DNA of 48,979 nucleotides from a virus (Duplodnaviria; Heunggongvirae; Uroviricota; Caudoviricetes): IMG/VR virus record IMGVR_UViG_2529293142_000029, positions 1 to 48,979 of that record; one strand, 5' to 3'. Shown piece by piece: positions 42,105 to 48,979 of this stretch (position 1 is its first letter; each line of letters starts with the position of its first letter). The notes under the pieces were generated by a model. It saw only the letters and a program-made list of their open reading frames with translations, ran no database searches and was not told where the DNA came from. The position numbers and the translations under genes were made by a program.

Positions 42105-42330
42105 GCGTCAATACGGTGCTCCGTTGACGCTTACGAATAAACACAGCACTGTGTATTCATTCCAACGAGTGAATACACGGAGCAATGTCGCTCGTAACCA
42201 AACAGGAGCCGACTTGTTCTGATTATTGGAAATCTTCTTTGCCCTCCAGTGTGAGGGCCTTTTTATATGCATACCAATAACGCTTCACTCGAGGCGTTTT
42301 CGTTATGTGTAAATAAATAAGGAGCACACC

Positions 42331-42471
42331 ATGCAATATGCCATTGCAGGGTGGCCTGTTGCTGGCTGCCCTTCCGAATCTTTACTTGAACGAATCACCC
42401 GTAAATTACGTGACGGATGGAAACGCCTTATCGACATACTTAATCAGCCAGGAGTCCCAAACAATGGATAA
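42331..42471 (+). CDS. cIII: cIII (FtsH inhibitor), 46 aa
   Basis: MQYAIAGWPVAGCPSESLLERITRKLRDGWKRLIDILNQPGVP matches recalled lambda CIII; AAGGAG SD; shorter than the track threshold. Confidence 0.85.
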   Translation: MQYAIAGWPVAGCPSESLLERITRKLRDGWKRLIDILNQPGVPNNG

Positions 42472-42577
42472 AACACTTATGGCTATCCAGACTAAATTCA
42501 CTATCGCCACCTTTATTGGCGATGAAAAGATGTTTTGTGAGGCCATCGAAGCCTACAGGAAATGGAGGTCAAAATGA
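42464..42577 (+). CDS. kil: Kil (host cell-division inhibitor), 37 aa
   Basis: MDKTLMAIQTKFTIATFIGDEKMF... matches recalled lambda Kil N-terminus; overlaps cIII 3' end. Confidence 0.75.
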   Translation: MDKTLMAIQTKFTIATFIGDEKMFCEAIEAYRKWRSK

Positions 42578-42762
42578 TTCCGGTAGAACTGGCGAAAACT
42601 CCAGAGTTAAGTCGATTAAAAAGAGAATATCACATTGCTGAGGCTCGTTACTGGCGTAAAGCGGGAGATAAATCCAGGAAGCAACTTTGTTTATGGCAAG
42701 CGCAAAGAGAGCGCATGAATGAGCGCGAATTTCTTTCCTCCCCATCCGAATTACCATTCTGA
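42574..42762 (+). CDS. Hypothetical early protein (62 aa)
   Basis: GGAGG SD; ATG overlaps the kil stop (ATGA). Confidence 0.4.
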   Translation: MIPVELAKTPELSRLKREYHIAEARYWRKAGDKSRKQLCLWQAQRERMNEREFLSSPSELPF

Positions 42763-42770
42763 GGTGAATT

Positions 42771-43451
42771 ATGGGTACTGCAACATTAATACTCGGTGAG
42801 TCTGGCACCGGAAAATCAACCAGCATGAGAAATATCAATCCAGAGGAAGCAATACTTATAAAACCAATAGGCAAGCCGCTACCATTTAAATCAAAAGACT
42901 GGCTTGCATGGGATTATGGAGCAAAAAAAGGAACCGTAGTTACCACTGATAAATGGGACGTAATAGTTGCCGTAATTAAGCGTGCTCACGAATACGGGAA
43001 AAGAATCGTTATTGTTGATGACTTCCAGTATGTGATGAGCAATGAGTTTATGCGCCGCTCAGAAGAAAAATCGTTTGATAAATTCACTGAGATAGGCCGT
43101 CACGCATGGGAGGTCATTAAGGCTGCGCAGGATGCGCCTGATGACCTGAGAGTCTATTTTCTTGCGCACACCGAAGAAACTCCTATGGGGCGTGTGAAAA
43201 TGAAGACTATCGGCAAAATGCTGGACGAGAAAATCACTGTCGAAGGCATGTTTACTATAGTTCTTCGCACCCTTACCCGTGATGACCAGTTCTTTTTCAC
43301 CACAAAAAACAACGGTGCAGACACTGTTAAATCCCCAATGGGAATGTTTGACTCCAATGAGATTGATAACGATCTCTCTTTCGTCGATGCCACTGTTTGT
43401 GATTACTACGGCATCAATAATGTTCATCAAATTAAGGAAAACGCCGCATGA
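42771..43451 (+). CDS. Sak4-like RecA-fold ATPase (single-strand annealing/recombination protein)
   Basis: Walker A GESGTGKST at N-terminus; ~226 aa; sits where lambda carries its Red genes. Confidence 0.6.
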   Translation: MGTATLILGESGTGKSTSMRNINPEEAILIKPIGKPLPFKSKDWLAWDYGAKKGTVVTTDKWDVIVAVIKRAHEYGKRIVIVDDFQYVMSNEFMRRSEEKSFDKFTEIGRHAWEVIKAAQDAPDDLRVYFLAHTEETPMGRVKMKTIGKMLDEKITVEGMFTIVLRTLTRDDQFFFTTKNNGADTVKSPMGMFDSNEIDNDLSFVDATVCDYYGINNVHQIKENAA

Positions 43452-44035
43452 GCAACGTGATTTTTACTTATAACGAAGAAGCAGCACTGACCGCAGGGCA
43501 AGGTGGTTTTATTAACGAAACTGGCGCTCATATCATTACCATTACTGAAGCAGAACTAAAGCAATCAGAAAAAGGAGCCAAATTTATTGAGTTTTCTGGC
43601 GAATCCGACGACGGACGTAAAATCCAATATCTTAGCGTCTGTGTTCAGAAAAATGACGGAACGGAAAACAAATTTGGCGCAAATGTCGTTCACGCCATGA
43701 TGGGGTGTGCCGGGATTGGACAATTAACGCAACATATGGTTTCCGCCAGTAAATTTGTTGCGCCTGAATTTCATGGAAAGAAAATCGGGTTAGTGCTCCA
43801 AAAAGTATTAACCACAAACAAAAAGACTGGCGCAGACAGCTACCAGATGGAAATACGCATCCCGTTTATTGCACAAACAGGTCAAACCCTTAAAGAAAAG
43901 GCGGAAGGCAAGCAACCAGAAACTATCGCCAACATGGTTGCCAGTCTCAAAGATAAAGACAATCGCTCTAAAAACGCAAGCCAGAATCATGCAGATGATT
44001 ATGGTTACAGCCAGAACGATTACCCTCCTTTCTGA
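43448..44035 (+). CDS. Putative ssDNA-binding protein partner of the Sak4-like ATPase
   Basis: Translationally coupled to the upstream gene; acidic aromatic C-terminal tail (DDYGYSQNDYPPF) resembling SSB tips. Confidence 0.4.
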   Translation: MSNVIFTYNEEAALTAGQGGFINETGAHIITITEAELKQSEKGAKFIEFSGESDDGRKIQYLSVCVQKNDGTENKFGANVVHAMMGCAGIGQLTQHMVSASKFVAPEFHGKKIGLVLQKVLTTNKKTGADSYQMEIRIPFIAQTGQTLKEKAEGKQPETIANMVASLKDKDNRSKNASQNHADDYGYSQNDYPPF

Positions 44036-44058
44036 TTACTGAAAATAAGGCTCCCATT

Positions 44059-44355
44059 ATGCCAGCGCCTCTGTATGGTGCGGATGACCCGCGCAACTGC
44101 TCCGGTAGCTCCAAGGCGGAGGTGCTGGAAAATATCAAAAACAATTTCGACGTGTTTCTTGCTCTGACACCAGAAACAAAAGCAGAACGGATGTACCGAC
44201 GCGATATACAGCTCGCGTTAAAAGATGAGAAGGACCGAACAAACGAAACAGCAATGCGACCGTTGCGAAAAGCGACAATAGACAAATTCCCTGAATATAT
44301 CGACCCGCGCCTGCGTAATTACCGCTCACGCTATGGCGCTATCAGTAATGACTGA
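44059..44355 (+). CDS. Hypothetical early protein (98 aa)
   Basis: ORF in early-left operon. Confidence 0.4.
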   Translation: MPAPLYGADDPRNCSGSSKAEVLENIKNNFDVFLALTPETKAERMYRRDIQLALKDEKDRTNETAMRPLRKATIDKFPEYIDPRLRNYRSRYGAISND

Positions 44356-44656
44356 GGAATTAACAATGAAAACAATGAAGCTAAACATCGACCTCGGAAA
44401 ATACGTTATTACCGGAACCAAACACGATCTGATTCTTAATGAAAGAGGAATTATCAAAGAAGGCGATAATGCAGGGAAAGAAACACTCAGTCGTATCGGT
44501 TATTACAGCAAGTTTGAGCATCTGGTTAAAGAGTTATGCAACCGTGAAATCCTGTTATCTCAGGCGCAGACGCTACAGGATATTCAGCAGCATATCGAAA
44601 CTTTAGGTATGTCACTTAGCATGGCTATTGACCAGTTCGTGGAGAGTAAATCATGA
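44333..44656 (+). CDS. Hypothetical early protein (start uncertain)
   Basis: ORF in early-left operon. Confidence 0.4.
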   Translation: MALSVMTEELTMKTMKLNIDLGKYVITGTKHDLILNERGIIKEGDNAGKETLSRIGYYSKFEHLVKELCNREILLSQAQTLQDIQQHIETLGMSLSMAIDQFVESKS

Positions 44657-44820
44657 GAGGTCTTGCATACAATCCCGGCATTCTTCCGGCAGAAATGATT
44701 ATTCGCCAACGCGTAAAGCCAATGCCATCGAGGGAGGAATTGCTTAAGAGAAAGAGTTTCGGTTCTGTTAATGACAACAAATATCTGAATGCGATGTTGC
44801 GCAAAGGAGGCAACCAGTGA

Positions 44821-45114
44821 GTGTATATCTCATTGATAAACGCCGACGTGGGCAACATACCACCTTTTGGAATTACGAATCACACATGGTTTTGCGTACT
44901 TGATATCGATGGTATGGATACGTTGGTTGACACTCGTCATTACTGCGATACCGCAACAGCTACTCCGGAGAAAGCAAAGAAAATGGCTGCTCTGATAGAA
45001 AACTGGACTCCACCTGATGGTTGGTGCAATGGGAATGATCGAGATTGGCACGAAAAAATGAAGGGCTATATCTGCGATTTTTTACGTAAATGCAACGGCT
45101 TCAGGGTGATGTGA
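44821..45114 (+). CDS. Hypothetical early protein; start and frame uncertain
   Basis: Begins with GTG directly after the stop of a 55-codon ORF (44653-44820); possible unresolved frame problem. Confidence 0.3.
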   Translation: MYISLINADVGNIPPFGITNHTWFCVLDIDGMDTLVDTRHYCDTATATPEKAKKMAALIENWTPPDGWCNGNDRDWHEKMKGYICDFLRKCNGFRVM

Positions 45115-45115
45115 T

Positions 45116-45835
45116 ATGACCACTATGACCAGAGAAGAACAAAAGCAAGTTCTCATAGATACAGCTAATCACATAATCAATCGTGATAATACTTCACCAT
45201 ATAGCGAAAATCTTAGGGAACTGGCACGAATCGCACTGGCCTCGCTTGAGGCAGAGCCAGTTGGTGCATTCCACATTGCTGAACAGCAAGTTGACGGCAC
45301 AAGTGACTATCTCAAGGATGGAGAATGGCCTATTGATAATGGGATTATTGAAGTCTACGCCGCTCCGCCAGTACCGGTAGTACCTGCTGCATTACCTGAG
45401 AACGACGATGAGGACGGGCATGACATTGATTATCTTGAGCCATCTGAAGTTTACGCTCTTGGGCGAACAGCTGGCTGGAACTCCTGCCGTGCCGCTATGC
45501 TTCAGTCCGGAAACTTTCGGGAAAACAAGAATTCGTCAACCAGTAATTTTCGGGAAATCGCGGAAACGTCAACCAACCATCCGGTAACTCCGGATAGTTG
45601 GATAAGCTGTAGTGAGCGAATGCCGGAAGAAATGGGAGAGCGACAATGCTATGTGTTAGCAGCTGACTTTAAAAACAACTACCCACCAAACATCCCCAAC
45701 ACTCAGGTCGGCGTATATGGCGACTGGTTTAATGATGGCAAGCCCACTTGGGATGACGGTGATGGCGAAGACCTGCATCTCAAGGAGGTAACCCACTGGA
45801 TGCCGCTACCGGAACCGCCGCAGGAGGTGAAGTGA
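45116..45835 (+). CDS. DUF551-domain protein
   Basis: C-terminal motif WISCSERMPEE...THWMPLPEPP typical of DUF551 prophage proteins. Confidence 0.55.
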   Translation: MTTMTREEQKQVLIDTANHIINRDNTSPYSENLRELARIALASLEAEPVGAFHIAEQQVDGTSDYLKDGEWPIDNGIIEVYAAPPVPVVPAALPENDDEDGHDIDYLEPSEVYALGRTAGWNSCRAAMLQSGNFRENKNSSTSNFREIAETSTNHPVTPDSWISCSERMPEEMGERQCYVLAADFKNNYPPNIPNTQVGVYGDWFNDGKPTWDDGDGEDLHLKEVTHWMPLPEPPQEVK

Positions 45836-46119
45836 TGGACTCCTTCGCGAAATATACGATTATTGACTGGATAGCCTTCCTTCAGGTTTTGCTCATCTGG
45901 TTTTATATGGCTTACAGGAGTGGACAGTGGATTGTCAGTGTAGCCTGTAGCAAGGGATGGCGTTGGTGGAACCGAAAGAATAAAAAAGCGCTGGCCTTGG
46001 ATTCGTTTTACGAAGCATTCAATCTTAACAGCCTTCAGCCTGGTTCTGTCGTTGTAGTCACCACTCAAAGCGGCATGACGATACAAATTCACAAGCCAAA
46101 GGAGGAAGGTCGTGGCTAA
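45832..46119 (+). CDS. Small membrane protein (one TM segment)
   Basis: Hydrophobic segment IIDWIAFLQVLLIWFYMAY; ATGA overlap with upstream gene. Confidence 0.4.
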   Translation: MMDSFAKYTIIDWIAFLQVLLIWFYMAYRSGQWIVSVACSKGWRWWNRKNKKALALDSFYEAFNLNSLQPGSVVVVTTQSGMTIQIHKPKEEGRG

Positions 46120-46393
46120 CCTGCAACTTGCCGTTAAAGGTGAATACTTCGATGCCATGATTCGAGGAGAGAAAACGGAAGAGTATCGCCTGTGTAATGA
46201 CTACTGGAATAAGCGAATTATGTTCCGGGAGTATGACCGCCTGATTATCACAAAGGGATATCCGAAGCGCGACGACTCCAGTCGCAGAATTGATGTTCCG
46301 TATGGAGGATATGAAGTGAAAACAATCACACACCCCCACTTCGGTGATAAGCCGGTAAAGGTATACGCGATAAAGGTGAATATCAATTGCTAA
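46112..46393 (+). CDS. ASCH-like (PUA-fold) domain protein
   Basis: N-terminal EYFDAMIRGEKTEEYRL fits the ASCH GxKxxExR signature. Confidence 0.4.
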   Translation: MANLQLAVKGEYFDAMIRGEKTEEYRLCNDYWNKRIMFREYDRLIITKGYPKRDDSSRRIDVPYGGYEVKTITHPHFGDKPVKVYAIKVNINC

Positions 46394-46504
46394 ATTAGTG
46401 GCATAGCATAAAGATGCTTGCATTAATGAAGTGTGTATAATAACACCTCATCAATAGTAAACTACTGAAATAGCAAAAAATGCATATTAAAGAGGATTCG
46501 AAAA

Positions 46505-46696
46505 TTGAAAATGTTCATGCAAATAGACAGACGCATAGATATTAATGGCAATTCATACTTAGTTAGATGCGAAGAGAGGCCTAACGGTGAGTGGCGTGTA
46601 TATGATATTGACCGTAAGGTCAATATCAGCACCATGAACAAAGACACTGCCTTTGATGAATGGAAAGCTGAAGCTAAAAAACAACATAATTCGTAG
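46505..46696 (+). CDS. Hypothetical small protein (63 aa)
   Basis: ORF with upstream AT-rich promoter-like region. Confidence 0.35.
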   Translation: MKMFMQIDRRIDINGNSYLVRCEERPNGEWRVYDIDRKVNISTMNKDTAFDEWKAEAKKQHNS

Positions 46697-47001
46697 AATT
46701 ACAAAAACCCTAACCAATTGATGGATTTCTTTTATCTGAACTCGCTACGGCGAGTTTTGTTTTATGGAGATGATAAATGCACTTCCGAGTTACAGGTGAA
46801 TGGAATGGAGAACCATTCAACAGAGTTATCGAAGCAGAGAACATCAATGACTGCTATGACCACTGGATGCTGTGGGCGCAGATAGCACATGCAGACGTAA
46901 CCAATATTCGAATTGAAGAACTGAAAGAACACCAAGCCGCCTGATGGTGGTTTTTTATTGCCTGATTTGCAGGTTCGATTCCCTATTCGGAGATAGCACT
47001 C

Positions 47002-47202
47002 ATGCAACACGAACTACAGCCTGATTCACTGGTTAATTTGAAATTCATCATGGCCGATACTGGCTTCGGTAAAACCTTCATCTATGACCGGATTAAGTCC
47101 GGGGACCTGCCTAAAGCCAAAGTTATCCACGGGCGAGCAAGATGGTTATATCGTGACCATTGTGAATTCAAAAATAAGCTCTTAAGCCGCGCCAATGGGT
47201 AA
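47002..47202 (+). CDS. AlpA-family DNA-binding protein (candidate excisionase/regulator)
   Basis: 66 aa; LKFIMADTGFGKTFIYDRIKSGDLPKAKVIHGRARW is the AlpA/MerR-like HTH signature. Confidence 0.7.
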   Translation: MQHELQPDSLVNLKFIMADTGFGKTFIYDRIKSGDLPKAKVIHGRARWLYRDHCEFKNKLLSRANG

Positions 47203-47272
47203 AATAGCGGGTAAAATATTTTTCACATCTAAAAAACACCATTCCAATCAATCCCCTGCCGCTTCAAGTAGA

Positions 47273-47291
47273 TGCCTGCAGGGGACACCAG
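47273..47291 (+). other. Candidate attR core: 3'-terminal segment of a tRNA-Arg (argW-like) gene ending in CCA
   Basis: GATGCCTGCAGGGGACACCA agrees with the recalled argW 3' end (GATTCCTGCAGGGGACACCA) at all but one position; lies between the last phage gene and the host permease. Confidence 0.5.
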
Positions 47292-47731
47292 ATACCCTTC
47301 AAACGAAATCTACCTTCACCCCGTAAAAGATGGGTTTGGCAGCACACTTGCCTTATATCTACTCATTTTTACTGCAACAGGTTGAAATCTCAGCACTGTC
47401 AGAAAGCGCTGATGACTAAACAGCCCTGGGCCGGGCGATGTAACCATCACACAGAATCCTGATAGCGAAATATGGCGTGACTCGATACTTCACTCCGCAA
47501 TGCATTCCTTGATGAATTCGCAGGACCGTGATACACGGGACAGGTCACTGAATGACGACAATGTCCTGGAAATCAGCGAACCGCGCATCTGAAGTACATT
47601 TGAGCGACTGTACCAGAACATGAATGAGGCGTTTGGATTAGGCGATTATTAGCAGGGCTAAGCATTTTACTATTATTATTTTCCGGTTGAGGGATATAGA
47701 GCTATCGACAACAACCGGAAAAAGTTTACGT

Positions 47732-48979
47732 CTATATTGCTGAAGGTACAGGCGTTTCCATAACTATTTGCTCGCGTTTTTTACTCAAGAAGAAAATGCC
47801 AAATAGCAACATCAGGCAGACAATACCCGAAATTGCGAAGAAAACTGTCTGGTAGCCTGCGTGGTCAAAGAGTATCCCAGTCGGCGTTGAAAGCAGCACA
47901 ATCCCAAGCGAACTGGCAATTTGAAAACCAATCAGAAAGATCGTCGACGACAGGCGCTTATCAAAGTTTGCCACGCTGTATTTGAAGACGGATATGACAC
48001 AAAGTGGAACCTCAATGGCATGTAACAACTTCACTAATGAAATAATCCAGGGGTTAACGAACAGCGCGCAGGAAAGGATACGCAACGCCATAATCACAAC
48101 TCCGATAAGTAATGCATTTTTTGGCCCTACCCGATTCACAAAGAAAGGAATAATCGCCATGCACAGCGCTTCGAGTACCACCTGGAATGAGTTGAGATAA
48201 CCATACAGGCGCGTTCCTACATCGTGTGATTCGAATAAACCTGCATAAAAGACAGGAAAAAGTTGTTGATCAAAAATGTTATAGAAAGACCACGTCCCCA
48301 CAATAAATATGACGAAAACCCAGAAGTTTCGATCCTTGAAAACTGCGATAAAATCCTCTTTTTTTACCCCTCCCGCATCTGCCGCTACGCACTGGTGATC
48401 CTTATCTTTAAAACGCATGTTGATCATCATAAATACAGCGCCAAATAGCGAGACCAACCAGAAGTTGATATGGGGACTGATACTAAAAAATATGCCGGCA
48501 AAGAACGCGCCAATAGCATAGCCAAAAGATCCCCAGGCGCGCGCTGTTCCATATTCGAAATGAAAATTTCGCGCCATTTTTTCGGTGAAGCTATCAAGCA
48601 AACCGCATCCCGCCAGATACCCCAAGCCAAAAAATAGCGCCCCCAGAATTAGACCTACAGAAAAATTGCTTTGCAGTAACGGTTCATAAACGTAAATCAT
48701 AAACGGTCCGGTCAAGACCAGGATGAAACTCATACACCAGATGAGCGGTTTCTTCAGACCGAGTTTATCCTGAACGATGCCGTAGAACATCATAAATAGA
48801 ATGCTGGTAAACTGGTTGACCGAATAAAGTGTACCTAATTCCGTCCCTGTCAACCCTAGATGTCCTTTCAGCCAAATAGCGTATAACGACCACCACAGCG
48901 ACCAGGAAATAAAAAAGAGAAATGAGTAACTGGATGCAAAACGATAGTACGCATTTCTGAATGGAATATTCAGTGCCAT
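47732..48979 (-). CDS. cscB: LacY-family oligosaccharide:H+ symporter, likely sucrose permease CscB (host gene)
   Basis: 415 aa, 12-TM MFS; MALNIPFRNAYYRFASSYSFLFF N-terminus recalled as CscB; ATG is the last three bases of the window. Confidence 0.8.
   Translation of the reverse strand: MALNIPFRNAYYRFASSYSFLFFISWSLWWSLYAIWLKGHLGLTGTELGTLYSVNQFTSILFMMFYGIVQDKLGLKKPLIWCMSFILVLTGPFMIYVYEPLLQSNFSVGLILGALFFGLGYLAGCGLLDSFTEKMARNFHFEYGTARAWGSFGYAIGAFFAGIFFSISPHINFWLVSLFGAVFMMINMRFKDKDHQCVAADAGGVKKEDFIAVFKDRNFWVFVIFIVGTWSFYNIFDQQLFPVFYAGLFESHDVGTRLYGYLNSFQVVLEALCMAIIPFFVNRVGPKNALLIGVVIMALRILSCALFVNPWIISLVKLLHAIEVPLCVISVFKYSVANFDKRLSSTIFLIGFQIASSLGIVLLSTPTGILFDHAGYQTVFFAISGIVCLMLLFGIFFLSKKREQIVMETPVPSAI

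Larger units (their letters stand above)
39631..42134 (+). mobile_element. IS66-family insertion sequence (~2.5 kb) with imperfect terminal inverted repeats and 8-bp target site duplication GAATAAAC
   Basis: Left end GTAAGCGTAAACCGACCGCCGTATG; right end reverse complement GTAAGCGTCAACGGAGCACCGTATTGACG; GAATAAAC at 39623-39630 and 42135-42142; tnpA-tnpB-tnpC gene set. Confidence 0.85.

Noticed and set aside
46956-46990. A complete tRNA gene inside the window
   Set aside because: Only T-arm-like and 3'-end fragments are present; no full cloverleaf could be assembled by eye. Reported as att-related fragments instead.

Overview
This window reads as one near-complete ~47 kb temperate prophage followed by a host gene. 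It starts at the ATG of a P4-type integrase (IntS-like) and ends at the ATG of a LacY-family sugar permease (CscB-like) on the minus strand. Layout, left to right: integrase; an AT-rich O-antigen-type acyltransferase; a minus-strand Mu/P2-like myovirus tail and baseplate module interrupted by a P22-immI-like mnt/arc/antirepressor cassette; Mu-like head genes and terminase; a lambda-type lysis cassette (S, R, Rz/Rz1); a Q-like antiterminator; a nin-like region with RusA, antirepressors, a PAPS-reductase-like protein, Dam methyltransferase, HNH-AP2 endonuclease and NinB; DnaB-like helicase and an O-like initiator with iterons; cII, cro-like and cI-like genes with operators; then plus-strand N, an unknown gene, an IS66-family insertion with 8-bp target duplication, cIII, kil, a Sak4-like recombination module, small early genes, and an AlpA-like gene beside a 19-bp tRNA-Arg 3'-end remnant (candidate attR). 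I did not find a clearly novel system; the best candidates for something unusual are the secondary immunity cassette inside the tail module and the PAPS-reductase/Dam/HNH-AP2 cluster. A major caveat: at least nine genes are broken by frame changes that all sit at homopolymer runs, which looks like sequencing error rather than decay. All protein identifications rest on motif recognition and recalled lambda/P22/Mu/IS66 sequences; no database search was run.
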